Shown: positions 32,551 to 43,743 of the stretch, piece after piece
Layout of the letters: each line of letters opens with the position of its first letter
Position numbering within the stretch: the first letter of the stretch is position 1
Origin: an uncultured cyanobacterium
Lineage (GTDB): Bacteria > Cyanobacteriota > Cyanobacteriia > Phormidesmidales > Phormidesmidaceae
Assembly: GCA_963793265.1 (NCBI GenBank)
Contig: CAWBZI010000005.1
Span: 192,001-256,000 of the forward strand
Direction of reading: 5' to 3'
Length of the DNA stretch: 64,000 nucleotides
Translations under genes and position numbers: made by a program
Notes under the pieces: model-generated
The model's input: only the letters and a program-made list of their open reading frames with translations
Told to the model about the DNA's origin: nothing
Database searches by the model: none

Positions 32551-35500
32551 CTACGCCGGAGCCAACGTACGACGCTGCGAGATCATCTTGAAGGCGTTAA
32601 TAATGTCGCCCTCTTTCCAATCATTGAAGCCGCCGACGGCGATACCACACTCAAAGCCAGCATTGACTTCTTTAGCATCGTCCTTCATCCGCTTGAGCGA
32701 ATCGAGGTTGCCTTCATACACAGCTTGCTCGCCGCGCATGACTCGCACCCGACAGTTGCGCGTCACCTTGCCCGAAAGCACATAGCAACCAGCAACCGTA
32801 CCCTTGCGAACCGGGAACACCGCTCGAACTTCGACCTTGCCCAAAGACTCTTCGACCAGTTCTGGCTCCAAGAGTCCTTCCATCGCGCCTTCGATATCTT
32901 CGAGCAGCTTGTAGATGATGTCGTAATCGCGCACATCTACGCCCAAGTTATCAGCAGACAGACGAGCCTCAGAAGAAAGCGACGTGTTAAAGGCAATAAT
33001 CACCGCGCCACTGGCCGCAGCTAAATCAACATCCGTTTCGCTAATTTCGCCCGGTGCAGCCATCAGCACTCGAATCTGAACTTCATTTTGAGGAAGCTGC
33101 TGCAAGGAGCCTAGAATCGCTTCTAGCGAACCCTGTACATCGGCCTTCAAAATCAAGTTGAGTTCCTTCAGGTCGCCTTCTTTCGCCTGTTCAGAGAGCG
33201 AGTTCAGCGTAACCCGGCGAGACGCCATGGTCTGCTGCAAGCGTGACTGACGCTGCTCAATAGCCTTCTCATCAGCCGCCGCGCGCGCATCTCGCTCATC
33301 TGCAAACACCTCAAACTCTTCACCAGCCGGGGGCACGTCATTAAGACCCAACACCTCTACAGCAAACGAAGGTCGCGCTTCGGTAGAGCGATTGCCCCGG
33401 TCATCGACCATCGCTTTCACTCGGCCAAACACAGGCCCAGCGGAGAAGGCATCGCCAATTTTCAAGGTACCGTTCTGAACTAGCAGCGTCGCGACAGGGC
33501 CACGTGCCTTGTCCAAATGCGCCTCAATTACAGTGCCTTTAGCGAGTCTGTCAGGGTTGGCCTGCAAGTCTTCAACTTCAGAAACCAACAGCAGCATTTC
33601 TAGAATGGTGTCTACGTTTTCGCCGGTAATGGCACTAACAGGCACCATAATCGTGTCGCCGCCGTACTCTTCAGGTACTAGCTCGTATTCCATCAGCTCT
33701 TGCTTTACGCGATCAGGGTTGGCCGCTTCTTTGTCGATTTTATTAATCGCAACCACAATCGGCACGCCCGCTGCTTTTGCGTGGCTGATCGCCTCAATGG
33801 TCTGAGGGCGCACGCCGTCATCAGCCGCAACCACCAGAATGGCAATGTCTGTCACCCTGGTGCCCCGCGCTCGCATAGCGGTAAACGCTTCGTGCCCTGG
33901 CGTGTCTAAAAACACAATCTGACCGGACTTGCGATCGCTATTCGGGTTCGACTTCAAATCAACGTGATAGGCACCGATGTGCTGGGTAATACCCCCCGCT
34001 TCACCTTCAGTCACCTTGGCCTGCCTGATGTAGTCAAGCAAGCTGGTTTTACCGTGGTCAACGTGACCCATGATGGTAACCACAGGCGGACGAGACTGGA
34101 GGCTATCGCTATCCTCTTCACCAACCATTTCAGTAACTTTACGAGCCTCGGGCGCTTCTTCTGCGGTCACCGCTTCCACGTCAAACTCCTGGGCCACCAT
34201 TTCAGCGGTCGGCATGTCTAGCGTTTGGTTGACGTTAGTCGCAATGCCCTTAAAGAACAGCAGCTTAATAATTTCAGTCTGTGGGACTGCAAGCTGATCG
34301 GCCAGGTCGTGGACGCTAATCCCCCCTGTGAGCACGATCATTTCTGGCCGCTCTGGCGCAACTTCCTGCCTACGTTCGCGGCGTTCGCGGCGTGAGGGCG
34401 ATCGCGTCTTAGTCTTCTTCGTCGTCGGTGCAGGCCGAGACTGACGCTGACCTTTAGGCTTGGGCGGACGCATCAGCGACAGATTCATCTGCGCAGGCGT
34501 CACGTCGCTGCTGCTAGGCTCATCATCAAAATCATCGTCGTCGTCAATAATGACGCGCTGACGCTTGGTTTTGCTAGTCTTCTTAGGCCGCATTTCCTGC
34601 TCGTCGTCTTCACCTTCGCCAGCGCCCCTTTCACGACGCTTAGGTGGACGAGGTGCGGTTGGACGACGCAACTCTAAAGTCGGATCGGAGAAAGTATCGT
34701 CATCGCTATCGTCAGAATCTGTGCTGGTGCTCTCAAGCGCCTCTTCTCTCGAAGGCGGCTTGCGCAGCTCTGTGACTGGCTTTGGCGGTGCTGGCGGCGC
34801 AACGGTGCTTCCGCCCGGCGAGGGACGACTAGGCCGTTCACCCCGTTCGTCTCCGGCAGAGCGATCACGCTTCAATACGGGTCTAGCTACGCGGCTAGCC
34901 TCCTCTGAAGGGCTTTCACTTCTGCCCGCAGCAGGCTTAGAAGGCCGTGAAGGCGGCTCTACCAGTCTAGGCTTTAGCTGGTCGGGGCTAGTTGCACCTG
35001 AAGTCGTCACGATCTTTTCAGGCTGACGGGCAGCGGCAGGTCTAGCGGGTGGCCGGATGGGCACAGGTGCCTGCTCAGGCTTTGGTGCAACGGGTGCTGG
35101 TTGACCGGGTTCAGCGCTGCTAGCGTCCTCACCACTACGAGCTGCCGGGCGACCTGCGGCGGGCCGACTCGGCGGGCCTGCCAAACTTGGGGCGTCTGCA
35201 CTACTACTGTCCGGTCTGCGGCTAGGGCTACTGGGGCTACTAGGAGCAGTCGGCTTTTGCGGACTAGAGACGCTGGCACCGTTAGACTCACCGCTATTCG
35301 CAGGCGAAACGGGCGGCTCAACGGGTGGCTGAGCCGCTTCAGGCGACGTGGCCGGGCGAGGATGTCGGAGAATACCTAAAATTTGCTGCTGTCGAGGACG
35401 AACGGGCTTGGCCAAAGGGGTTTTTGCGCTTGCGGCACTACGAGGCGGCCTGGCTTTGGGTGCTGTCGCTTTTTTGCTTACGGGCTTATAGCCGTCAGCG

Positions 35501-35658
35501 TTCGCGACGCCCCGAATTTTATCGGCCTCTTCGTCTGAAATCGTGCTGCTGTGGCTTTTTACAGCAATATCTAGCTGCTCGCAAATGTTTAGAATGTCTT
35601 TGTTTTCTAGCTCCAACTCCTTAGATAGCTCGTAAATCCTTACTTTGCCCTTGTTCAT
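32551..35658 (-). CDS. infB: Translation initiation factor IF-2
   Basis: [12 protein letters not shown]-domain, [17 protein letters not shown]. Confidence 0.98.
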   Translation of the reverse strand: MNKGKVRIYELSKELELENKDILNICEQLDIAVKSHSSTISDEEADKIRGVANADGYKPVSKKATAPKARPPRSAASAKTPLAKPVRPRQQQILGILRHPRPATSPEAAQPPVEPPVSPANSGESNGASVSSPQKPTAPSSPSSPSRRPDSSSADAPSLAGPPSRPAAGRPAARSGEDASSAEPGQPAPVAPKPEQAPVPIRPPARPAAARQPEKIVTTSGATSPDQLKPRLVEPPSRPSKPAAGRSESPSEEASRVARPVLKRDRSAGDERGERPSRPSPGGSTVAPPAPPKPVTELRKPPSREEALESTSTDSDDSDDDTFSDPTLELRRPTAPRPPKRRERGAGEGEDDEQEMRPKKTSKTKRQRVIIDDDDDFDDEPSSSDVTPAQMNLSLMRPPKPKGQRQSRPAPTTKKTKTRSPSRRERRERRQEVAPERPEMIVLTGGISVHDLADQLAVPQTEIIKLLFFKGIATNVNQTLDMPTAEMVAQEFDVEAVTAEEAPEARKVTEMVGEEDSDSLQSRPPVVTIMGHVDHGKTSLLDYIRQAKVTEGEAGGITQHIGAYHVDLKSNPNSDRKSGQIVFLDTPGHEAFTAMRARGTRVTDIAILVVAADDGVRPQTIEAISHAKAAGVPIVVAINKIDKEAANPDRVKQELMEYELVPEEYGGDTIMVPVSAITGENVDTILEMLLLVSEVEDLQANPDRLAKGTVIEAHLDKARGPVATLLVQNGTLKIGDAFSAGPVFGRVKAMVDDRGNRSTEARPSFAVEVLGLNDVPPAGEEFEVFADERDARAAADEKAIEQRQSRLQQTMASRRVTLNSLSEQAKEGDLKELNLILKADVQGSLEAILGSLQQLPQNEVQIRVLMAAPGEISETDVDLAAASGAVIIAFNTSLSSEARLSADNLGVDVRDYDIIYKLLEDIEGAMEGLLEPELVEESLGKVEVRAVFPVRKGTVAGCYVLSGKVTRNCRVRVMRGEQAVYEGNLDSLKRMKDDAKEVNAGFECGIAVGGFNDWKEGDIINAFKMISQRRTLAPA

Positions 35659-35845
35659 CCTTTTCCTCTTAAACCTGACTAACAGATGTGTTTTACATAA
35701 GACTGAATTGCCCTTATCGAATCAACACGCTTGACCCTAACGCTTAGCTTTAGATCGTATAAAGCCTTTCTAGGGCCTTGTAATCTTAAAGCATAGAGTA
35801 AAGCGGCGTTTATTTTCTAACGTTGAGACAGATCTATATTATTGG

Positions 35846-36202
35846 CTAATTTTGATGGGTTGTGTGCTCCTTTGGGGTAGGTTTGTGGGCGGTTTTTTCG
35901 ACTGGTTGGCCTGATAGGCTCTCTGGTGGACTCTCTGGCAGGCTGTTCGGAGGGTTGTGTAAGCGGTTTTCTAGGGTTTGAAAAATTTGAGCGGGGATGG
36001 GCGATCGCAACACCCGTCCCAACCTATTTTTCTTTTTCGCCGCCTGCAAACAGGTCATCTGCGGGCAAAGATAGGCAGATCGCCCCATCCCCTCATCCAG
36101 CTGAATGTCATAGTTTGGAAACGTCCGAACAATCCGCCACAGCTCATCTTTATGGGCCGTTTTGCGACAGCTTACACACAGGCGATGGTTTTTCTCTGCC
36201 AT
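35846..36202 (-). CDS. ylxR: YlxR/DUF448 RNA-binding protein
   Basis: RLCVSCR, GRSAYLC; ATG at 36202 with GGAGG RBS; lies between nusA and infB. Confidence 0.9.
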   Translation of the reverse strand: MAEKNHRLCVSCRKTAHKDELWRIVRTFPNYDIQLDEGMGRSAYLCPQMTCLQAAKKKNRLGRVLRSPIPAQIFQTLENRLHNPPNSLPESPPESLSGQPVEKTAHKPTPKEHTTHQN

Positions 36203-36212
36203 TGCCCTCCTC

Positions 36213-37715
36213 TTATCCCTTAGCCTTCTTCGCTGCAGCTTTAGCCTCAGCCGCCGCACGCGCCTTTGCCTTCCACTCTTCAGCTTCAGCAATCTCCTCA
36301 GCCGTTGGCTCGTCGTCCTCCTTTTCTTCTACATCAGGCGCTTCACCTCTAGCAGCCTTTGCCGCCGCTTTCGCATCAGCTTCAGCCAGTTCAGCCGCCG
36401 CCCGCTCTTCTTCAGCTTCAGCCTCAGCAGCAGCTCTAGCCTCAGCCTCAGCGCGCGCTTTTGCTCTCCACTCTTCAGCCTCAGCAATCTCAGCGGCTTC
36501 TTCCGCCGCCGCCGCCGCTCTCGCCTCTTCAGCTAGCCGCCTGGTTTCAGCAATCTCAGCCGCTTTCTGGTTTTCAGCGTCGTAGTCGTACTTAGCCGAG
36601 TCCTTGATATCTATCTTCCAACCCGTCAGCCGAGCGCCCAACCGCACGTTTTGTCCTTCTTTGCCAATCGCTAGGCTGAGCTGATCTTCAGGCACCAAAA
36701 CGTGCGCCTGCCGCCCCTCAGGATCCATCAGCCGCACCTCATCAACGCGCGCCGGGCTTAGCGCATTAGAGATATAAGTGGAGGGATCGGGCGACCAGCG
36801 AATCACGTCAATTTTCTCGCCCCGTAGCTCGTTCACCACAACCTGAATCCGCGATCCCCGCGCACCGATACAAGCGCCTACTGGATCAACATCGCTTTCG
36901 AGCGTGTCTACAGCAATCTTCGTCCTTGGCCCAACCGAGCGCGAAGGGGGATTTGCCTCGCGCGCGACCGCAACGATCCGCACTACTTCGTCTTCAATTT
37001 CGGGCACTTCATTAGAAAATAGCTCAACCACTAAGCTGGCGTCAGATCTCGACACTAAGAGCTGTGGCCCGCGATGAGAGCCTTCCGAAACGCGCTTAAG
37101 GGCTACGCGAAATGTGGCGTTAGCGCGGTAGTTGTCGTTCGGTAGCTGGTCGCGCTTCAACAGTTCAGCCTCAGTATCAGGCTGTCCTAAGCCGCTGCTC
37201 ACCGCCATAATCACCGACTGCCGCTCAAAGCGCAGCACTCGCGCGTTCAAGATAGAGCCTTCTAATTCCTGGAACTCTTCTTGAATCAGTCGCCTTTGCT
37301 GATCACGGAGCTTTTGGGCCAATACCTGCTTGGTCTGAATCGCAGCCATCCGACCAAAGTCGCTTTGCTCAGGCGTTACGTCTAATACCACCGTATCGCC
37401 AGCAAGCGCTTCAGGGGCAACCTCTTGCACGGCAGCAAGCCCGATTTGGTGATCGGAGTTTTCTACCTCTTCCACAATGGTTTTGTTCGCGAGCACGCGA
37501 AAGCCCTCGTCTTCGGTGTCTAGCTCGACGTAAAAGTTGTCGAAATATTCTTCATCAAACTGGCTGCTGTCGATGCGCTGGGTGCGACGGTAGCGTTCGT
37601 AGCCTTTGAGGAGCGCTTCTTGCAGCGCCATCTCAACAGCGCTCTTGGGCAAATTTCGCTCCAAGCTAATGCTGTCGATCATCGTTTGTAAACCGGACAA
37701 GCTCACCATTGACAT
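36213..37715 (-). CDS. nusA: Transcription termination factor NusA
   Basis: FGRMAAIQTKQV, DPVGACIGARGSRI, LSLAIGKEGQNVRL; Ala/Glu-rich tail. Confidence 0.97.
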   Translation of the reverse strand: MSMVSLSGLQTMIDSISLERNLPKSAVEMALQEALLKGYERYRRTQRIDSSQFDEEYFDNFYVELDTEDEGFRVLANKTIVEEVENSDHQIGLAAVQEVAPEALAGDTVVLDVTPEQSDFGRMAAIQTKQVLAQKLRDQQRRLIQEEFQELEGSILNARVLRFERQSVIMAVSSGLGQPDTEAELLKRDQLPNDNYRANATFRVALKRVSEGSHRGPQLLVSRSDASLVVELFSNEVPEIEDEVVRIVAVAREANPPSRSVGPRTKIAVDTLESDVDPVGACIGARGSRIQVVVNELRGEKIDVIRWSPDPSTYISNALSPARVDEVRLMDPEGRQAHVLVPEDQLSLAIGKEGQNVRLGARLTGWKIDIKDSAKYDYDAENQKAAEIAETRRLAEEARAAAAAEEAAEIAEAEEWRAKARAEAEARAAAEAEAEEERAAAELAEADAKAAAKAARGEAPDVEEKEDDEPTAEEIAEAEEWKAKARAAAEAKAAAKKAKG

Positions 37716-37777
37716 AGGCACGACCTCTCAAAATAAATGAACGAATAAAAAACTATACAAGGTGACAGACGAACGGC

Positions 37778-38248
37778 TTATTCTGTCTCTTCATTACTGA
37801 GCTGCACTGACTGCACAAGCTCTCTGGGGATAGACAAGGGACGGCCCTTGAGATTAAGCGACACCTTATCTTCTGTGCGACCAACTAAGCTGCCTTTCCA
37901 AATCTGCTTTTTCTTGTAGACCTCGCTAAGCTGCACTTCGACCGGAAATCCTTTAAAGACGGTGAAATCGCGATCGCGCGTCAACACATCAGAAACACCA
38001 GGACTTGACACCTCTAACACGTAGGCATCCGGGATCAGATCCGACTCATCTAACGCCTCAGTCAGCGCCTCGCTTAACTTCGCGCAGTCGTCGAGCCCGG
38101 TGTCCTCCTGGTTCACATTGCGCACATCTACACGCAGCACAGGCGGACTTTGGTTGGTCTGAAACACGGCTTCGACAATTTCTAAACCAAGGCTGCTCGC
38201 CAGCGGCGTTGCTAGCTCAATGACCGGAGGGACTAAAGGATGTGCCAT
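37778..38248 (-). CDS. rimP: Ribosome maturation factor RimP
   Basis: MAHPL start, LDDC, YVLEVSSPG. Confidence 0.95.
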   Translation of the reverse strand: MAHPLVPPVIELATPLASSLGLEIVEAVFQTNQSPPVLRVDVRNVNQEDTGLDDCAKLSEALTEALDESDLIPDAYVLEVSSPGVSDVLTRDRDFTVFKGFPVEVQLSEVYKKKQIWKGSLVGRTEDKVSLNLKGRPLSIPRELVQSVQLSNEETE

Positions 38249-38326
38249 AGCGATTAACTGCTGATTAACGACTCCAACGACAGAAGGTCTGTAGAAAGTA
38301 GTCACGAAAATAGAAAAACGCCCAAT

Positions 38327-38360
38327 AAAAAAAGCGGGCTCTTTCAAAGCTCCCACTTTC
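38327..38360 (-). promoter_or_regulatory. rimP-leader terminator/attenuator hairpin
   Basis: Minus strand GAAAGTGGGAGCTTTGAAAGAGCCCGCTTTTTTT, about 80 nt before the rimP start. Confidence 0.65.
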
Positions 38361-38570
38361 CGATCTCAGCCCGAATGAGCCAGACGAATTAGGCCAAATA
38401 GCATTCTAGAAATGTATCTAAAAAACGCGCTTTGGAGCAACTGCTGCTTAGGGACTCATTTAAAGGCTGAATCTTATGAATTCAAATCATAAGTTCGCTT
38501 CTAAAGAGCACTAATCATCTGCTGCGCTAATCAGTTTAGCGCATGACCTCCGAAATCGACAGTTTGCTCA

Positions 38571-39989
38571 TCAGCGAGCCCGCCGACTATCGCTATATAG
38601 CTGGTAGCGCGTAGCTTGCATATATTCGGCATCTTCAGAGGCAATTCCTTCGACATAGTTGATTTTTATCTCCTCTAGCAAATCGATAATTAGCCTCCTC
38701 ACTTCACTAGAGGTTTCTGCACTGCTCATTTCATCGCGCAAATGATTGCCAAAGCTCGCAACCAGTTTGCTGGTCAGCGCTGCGCCTTTCTCGTCAGCAA
38801 AAACATTCTGCAATATTTCGGTCAGGGACTTAGAAAGCTCGGTGACGACTTGCCGCGAAATTTGAGCCGAGATGCCATCGAATCCAGGCATAAACTTCAG
38901 CCCTTGATAGGCCGGAGCCTGATGCAGTGCGCCGACGACGCTGTGCTGTAGCAAATTGTCTAGCTCTGGCTTCACCTTGGGCAAAACCTGATACACCACC
39001 ACATCTGAGAGGCGTTTGGCAATCGTTTGCACCTCATCGACGCCGTTAATATCTATGTATTGATTGCGATCGCCCACCGCTAGCAACCAGCGACTAATCT
39101 CCCCTTGCCTCACGAGTTGCTGTGCCTGATTAATCACCCTCAGCATCACAATCTCGGTTAGCTCAACGGCAAACTGACTAACAATCGCCCGGCTCACCCG
39201 ATTGCGCATAGGTTCTAAATTCAACCATTGCGCCTGATGCAGCCTCAGCGTCACGGGAATGATCCTCAGCCAGCGCCAGTACCCAATAAACAGCGGCACA
39301 TCATAGATTCGCCACAGCATTGCGTCTACCCAGCTAGCGTGACGATGACGGCGACTCAATACAAAGGTTCGCAATAAAAACTCAGTGGCAAACAGCGCCA
39401 TAAACCAAATATCAATCCGCCAAAACTGATCGAGCGGGCGACCGTTTTCACCGATGGCACGAAAGTAGTTTGTCTCCATTAGGGGCCGAATCTGCCGGTC
39501 GAAAAAGGCTAGCTCCTGGTCAATACCAGAAGTGCTTAAATACGATTCGCTCCAAAATTCTTGAAAGGCATCTTTGGATGACTCAGTGCCGAGGCGATCG
39601 CGCATAGCATTCTTAATTCGCGCCAGCGTCCCCGACTTACCCGCCACCGCAAACGGATCTTCGTCCACAATACTGACGCTTTGCGCTCTCAACTGAGCCA
39701 AGAGCCGCTCAGCTTCAGCATCTCCTCTATCAGCTTTAGCCTTGAAGTCGTCTACTAGCTCCAGATAGGCTTCTGTCGCCCTTTCGGGTTCTATGCCCTT
39801 GAAGTTTTCGCCGTACCAAGCTGTCGGTTCAGGAAGTATTTGTAGATACTGATCGCGAAAGCGGATGTAGCTGAGATCTAGCAGGACTAGGATGAGATTG
39901 GTGAGTGCGATCGCTGCCATCACCCGCTCAAACCAAGTCGTTCTTACGCTGCGAGTGCGCTGCCTAATCTGAGATAACGCCATCGCCAA
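38571..39989 (-). CDS. Conserved hypothetical membrane protein
   Basis: 472-aa ORF with several TM segments (e.g. IDIWFMALFATEFLLR). Confidence 0.75.
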   Translation of the reverse strand: MAMALSQIRQRTRSVRTTWFERVMAAIALTNLILVLLDLSYIRFRDQYLQILPEPTAWYGENFKGIEPERATEAYLELVDDFKAKADRGDAEAERLLAQLRAQSVSIVDEDPFAVAGKSGTLARIKNAMRDRLGTESSKDAFQEFWSESYLSTSGIDQELAFFDRQIRPLMETNYFRAIGENGRPLDQFWRIDIWFMALFATEFLLRTFVLSRRHRHASWVDAMLWRIYDVPLFIGYWRWLRIIPVTLRLHQAQWLNLEPMRNRVSRAIVSQFAVELTEIVMLRVINQAQQLVRQGEISRWLLAVGDRNQYIDINGVDEVQTIAKRLSDVVVYQVLPKVKPELDNLLQHSVVGALHQAPAYQGLKFMPGFDGISAQISRQVVTELSKSLTEILQNVFADEKGAALTSKLVASFGNHLRDEMSSAETSSEVRRLIIDLLEEIKINYVEGIASEDAEYMQATRYQLYSDSRRAR

Positions 39990-40092
39990 ACCTTTCTATG
40001 TGTTGCCAATTCAGTCTATTGAAAGTAACCGACCAATAGACCCCACGATAGACTTAATAAATACCCCTTTACTTTTCTTTACGCTGACAATT

Positions 40093-41049
40093 ATGGTCGC
40101 CACTGCTACTACCGCCCCCGCCCCCGTCTTCTCGCCTGCTCAAAACGGAGCCTACTGGCCGTGGCGCGGCTATCAGGTGCACTACACCAAAGCAGGCGAT
40201 GCCAGTGCCCACCCCGAAAGACCGCCCTTAGTTCTCATTCACGGCTTCGGCGCTTCGACTGACCACTGGCGAAAAAACGTGGCCGAACTTCAGAGTGACT
40301 TTGAGGTGTATGCCCTTGACCTTATCGGCTTTGGCCGATCTTCTAAACCCAGCAGCGGCTACAGCCCTGATTTGTGGCGCGACCAGATTGCCGAGTTTAT
40401 CACCACTATTATCGGTCGCCCTGCCGTCGTTGCAGGCAACTCTATCGGCGGCTACAGCAGTCTATATACGGGTGCCACCCGCCCCGATGCCGTCGTTGGT
40501 GTTTGTATGCTCAACGGCGTTGGCTCCTTTAGCGAACAGCAGTCTACCGACGAAGAGGCTAATCCGTTCCAAAAAGCAATCGGTGAGCTAGTAAAAACGG
40601 TCATCCTTTCGCCTTTTCCAAGCTGGATCATTTTCCAATTCGTCCGCAACCGCTCCTACATTCGCAAAACCCTAGAGCAGGTATACGTCAATAAGTCCGA
40701 AGTCACCGAACAGCTTATCGAAGACGTCTATCGCCCCGCCACCGATCCCGATGCGCCTGCGGCCTTTGCGGCTCTATTTAAAGCTGAACGCGGAGAATAT
40801 GTTGACACGCTGCTCGCAAAAATGACCTGTCCGCTACTGCTCATTTGGGGTGACGAAGACCCCTGGATGGACACCTACTCAAGAGGCGTGCTTTTTCAAA
40901 AGTATTACAGCACGCTAGAAGAACACCACATTAATGCAGGTCACTGCCCTCACGACGACGCGCCAGCAGAGGTCGATGCGCTGCTGCGTAATTGGGTGCT
41001 TAAGACGGTCGTAGGTGAACCGGCAAGTCAGTGGGTGGCGTTGGGTTAG
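40093..41049 (+). CDS. Alpha/beta fold hydrolase
   Basis: HGFGAS, GNSIGG, WGDEDPW, AGHCPHDD. Confidence 0.9.
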   Translation: MVATATTAPAPVFSPAQNGAYWPWRGYQVHYTKAGDASAHPERPPLVLIHGFGASTDHWRKNVAELQSDFEVYALDLIGFGRSSKPSSGYSPDLWRDQIAEFITTIIGRPAVVAGNSIGGYSSLYTGATRPDAVVGVCMLNGVGSFSEQQSTDEEANPFQKAIGELVKTVILSPFPSWIIFQFVRNRSYIRKTLEQVYVNKSEVTEQLIEDVYRPATDPDAPAAFAALFKAERGEYVDTLLAKMTCPLLLIWGDEDPWMDTYSRGVLFQKYYSTLEEHHINAGHCPHDDAPAEVDALLRNWVLKTVVGEPASQWVALG

Positions 41050-41557
41050 TAACGTGGCGGTATTGCTGTAAAGGCGTGTCCCTTTTGATGTAGAGCGGAT
41101 GGCGGGGATGGCCGGAGCGGTTGAGCTGAAGGTAGCTGAGCTTTTGGCTGTGGTGCTTGAGCAAAGATAGGATGGCGCGATCGCGTCCCCCAAATCCACC
41201 CCAATTCCCCCAGGCCAACACCACTTGCTCAGCCTGCTCAACGGCCTTAATCACATACCCATCGTTCTCAGGGCCAATCGGATCGCTCGCGGCCTTTAGC
41301 TCAGTTGGGTGCGGCGTACAGTAGCCAAACAGATTGACGACAGTCAGCGAACTATATTGCCAGCGTTGCGCAAACTGAATACACGCTCTCAGGGTTGGGT
41401 CGTCAGCCAAAGCGTTCGCTCGGCTGGGGTTGAGCATGATAAAAGTGACCTGACCACCGGATGACTGCCAGCGTCGTCCTAGTCGGTAGCGATAACGACC
41501 CGTTGCATCAAATAAAGCCGTTCTTTCTATCGAATCGCCCACGCTGCTACTTCGCAA
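41000..41557 (-). CDS. DUF1643 family protein
   Basis: YRYRL.R.W, FIMLNPS.A, DDPT, VNLF, AWG, PRHPLY. Confidence 0.85.
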   Translation of the reverse strand: MRSSSVGDSIERTALFDATGRYRYRLGRRWQSSGGQVTFIMLNPSRANALADDPTLRACIQFAQRWQYSSLTVVNLFGYCTPHPTELKAASDPIGPENDGYVIKAVEQAEQVVLAWGNWGGFGGRDRAILSLLKHHSQKLSYLQLNRSGHPRHPLYIKRDTPLQQYRHVTNPTPPTDLPVHLRPS

Positions 41558-41615
41558 TTGTTAGCTTTATATCTAATCTTCAATCCGCCCTCAACACGAC
41601 CCTATAGAATCCCCT

Positions 41616-42920
41616 TTGAAAATATTTCTCAACTTTGAACCGGCTTTACAGCGTAACTTGGCCATCTTCTTTGGCGCTTCCCTCTGCTTCTGGGGCGGCC
41701 TCTCAGGAATGCTGCCGAACCTCTCGCTCTACATCGAAACGTTCGGTGCCAACAATCAAGAAATCGGCTGGGTGATGGCCTCTTTTGCCCTGGGTCTTTT
41801 AGGTCTACGCCCCAAGATGTCTAGATTTACCGATCGTAAAGGACGAAAGCCTGCTCTGCTGATTGGGATTACAGTGATTGCATTAGCACCACTGCTTTAC
41901 CTATCGGTTCAGCTGGTGCCTGCGACTATCTTGACGGTACCGATCTTAGGCTGGCAGATCAAGTCGGCTGTGCTGCTTTTAGGGATGGTGAGGGCTTTTC
42001 ACGGAATTAGTATTGCGGCGTTTGCAACCGCTTATAACGCGGCGATCGCTGATATGGCCCCCATCGCCCATCGCGGCGAACTCATCGGCTACATGAGCCT
42101 GGCAAGCCCTTTGGGTATGGCCCTTGGCCCAGCGCTTGGCGGATTCTTAGAGGGCAGTTTCATAACCGCCTTCTTGGTCATGACAGGCTTAGGCATCATC
42201 GGCACGATCTGCGTACTCATCAGCAAAGAACCCCATCAGCCTGTCATTGATTTAGCGCCTTCAAGGGGGCAGCTAGTCGATAAGCATCCGCTGCCAAAGC
42301 CCGCCTTTTGGAGCCTGCTGCTAATGCCGACCGTACGCACACCCGCAATCATTTTGTTCATGGTGGGCATTGCCTTTGGCTCAATGGTGGCTTTTGTGCC
42401 GCTGCACATTCGCACAGAAGGCATTTTGCTCAATATTGGACTGGTTTATACGGTGAGTGCGATCGCCTCCTTCTCCATCCGAATGCTAGCCGGTAGAGCC
42501 AGCGATCAGCTCGGTCGGGGCCGCTTCATCAGCATGGGCCTTACCTGCTATACCCTGTCTATGTTCACCCTAGCCCTCTCAACTAATGCGCCAATGCTCC
42601 TACTCGCTGGAGCTTTTCAAGGCGCAGGCAGCGGCACCCTCATTCCCATCATTGCCGCTCTCATGACCGACCGCTCACGTCCCGGTGAACGCGGCCTTAC
42701 CTTTGGCCTTTGCCTCACTGGCTTCGACTTAGGCATTGCCTTAGCAGGCCCCATCATGGGCAGAGTTGCCGATCTCAGCAGCTACAGTGCAGTCTTTGCG
42801 CTCTCAGGGCTGATGACGCTCTTCGGCCTTGTCATCTTTATCACCACGTCTAGCAAAGACCTTGCTCACTCAGTTCAGTTTGCGCTTAAAGGTGGACGCG
42901 ACGTTTACGCGGTTAAGTAG
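41616..42920 (+). CDS. MFS transporter
   Basis: About 12 TM segments; DRKGRK and GRASDQLGRG MFS motif A. Confidence 0.9.
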   Translation: MKIFLNFEPALQRNLAIFFGASLCFWGGLSGMLPNLSLYIETFGANNQEIGWVMASFALGLLGLRPKMSRFTDRKGRKPALLIGITVIALAPLLYLSVQLVPATILTVPILGWQIKSAVLLLGMVRAFHGISIAAFATAYNAAIADMAPIAHRGELIGYMSLASPLGMALGPALGGFLEGSFITAFLVMTGLGIIGTICVLISKEPHQPVIDLAPSRGQLVDKHPLPKPAFWSLLLMPTVRTPAIILFMVGIAFGSMVAFVPLHIRTEGILLNIGLVYTVSAIASFSIRMLAGRASDQLGRGRFISMGLTCYTLSMFTLALSTNAPMLLLAGAFQGAGSGTLIPIIAALMTDRSRPGERGLTFGLCLTGFDLGIALAGPIMGRVADLSSYSAVFALSGLMTLFGLVIFITTSSKDLAHSVQFALKGGRDVYAVK

Positions 42921-42957
42921 CGCTATTAGTCGCCATTAGCTGCCATTAGCTGCCATT
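42921..42957 (+). repeat. 10-bp tandem repeat, about 3.7 degenerate copies
   Basis: cgctattagt cgccattagc tgccattagc tgccatt. Confidence 0.8.
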
Positions 42958-42958
42958 G

Positions 42959-42995
42959 AAAAAGGCGCTAGGTATAAAAAACCTAGCGCCTTTTT
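42959..42995. terminator. Bidirectional terminator between the MFS gene and tRNA-Arg
   Basis: AAAAAGGCGCTAGGT-ataaaaa-ACCTAGCGCCTTTTT. Confidence 0.85.
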
Positions 42996-42998
42996 AAG

Positions 42999-43072
42999 CG
43001 AGCCTGGAGAGATTCGAACTCCCGACACCGTAGTCCGTAGCCACGTGCTCTAGTCCACTGAGCTACAGGCCC
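42999..43072 (-). tRNA. tRNA-Arg(ACG)
   Basis: GGGCCTGTAGCTCAGTGGACTAGAGCACGTGGCTACGGACTACGGTGTCGGGAGTTCGAATCTCTCCAGGCTCG. Confidence 0.97.
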
Positions 43073-43170
43073 ACAAGGGGTTTAGAGGGTACTCAACACA
43101 AGGATTTTCCCTCAACGGGTTTTAATATTAACACATCAGTCGCGCAGACAACTCAACCGAAATACTTTTT

Positions 43171-43677
43171 ATGAGCCCTTCTCATTCAGTGCCCAATTCA
43201 ACGGCCAGTCTCACCCATTTAGACGCTCAAGGCCAGGCTCAGATGGTAGATGTGTCGGCCAAAGATATGACCGTAAGGCAGGCGATCGCATCAGGCACCA
43301 TCACCATGCAGTACGCCACCCTAGAGGCCATTCAAGCGGGCAACGCGCCCAAGGGAGATGTCATCGGCACTGCCAGGCTCGCAGGCATTATGGCCGCAAA
43401 GCAAACCGCATCACTCATTCCGCTATGCCATCCGCTACCGCTCAAAAAAATTGAGGTCACCATTGAGCCAGATGCAGCGATTCCCGGCTATCGAATTTGG
43501 GCAACTGTCAAAACCAAGTCTGAAACTGGGGTAGAAATGGAAGCGCTCACCGCCGTCTCAGTCGCTGCGCTCACCCTGTACGACATGGCAAAAGCCCTAG
43601 AAAAATCGATGCGAATTGGTGACATTCAGCTCGTCGAAAAAATCGGTGGCAAATCAGGTCATTGGCAAAAGCCCTAA
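43171..43677 (+). CDS. moaC: Cyclic pyranopterin monophosphate synthase
   Basis: [32 protein letters not shown]. Confidence 0.96.
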   Translation: MSPSHSVPNSTASLTHLDAQGQAQMVDVSAKDMTVRQAIASGTITMQYATLEAIQAGNAPKGDVIGTARLAGIMAAKQTASLIPLCHPLPLKKIEVTIEPDAAIPGYRIWATVKTKSETGVEMEALTAVSVAALTLYDMAKALEKSMRIGDIQLVEKIGGKSGHWQKP

Positions 43678-43743
43678 ATGCCTTTAAGGAGGATTCGGCC
43701 ATTCCCCTACAATAAAGAAGGTAATCACTTCCCAAAGAGCTTT

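Noticed and set aside
35926..36585. 219-aa Ser/Ala-rich plus-strand ORF
   Set aside because: Antisense to the nusA low-complexity tail and ylxR.
41000..41049. 50-nt convergent overlap of DUF1643 and the hydrolase (also 22 nt for lipA and DUF3122)
   Set aside because: Non-conserved-looking tails, most simply explained by stop-codon drift.
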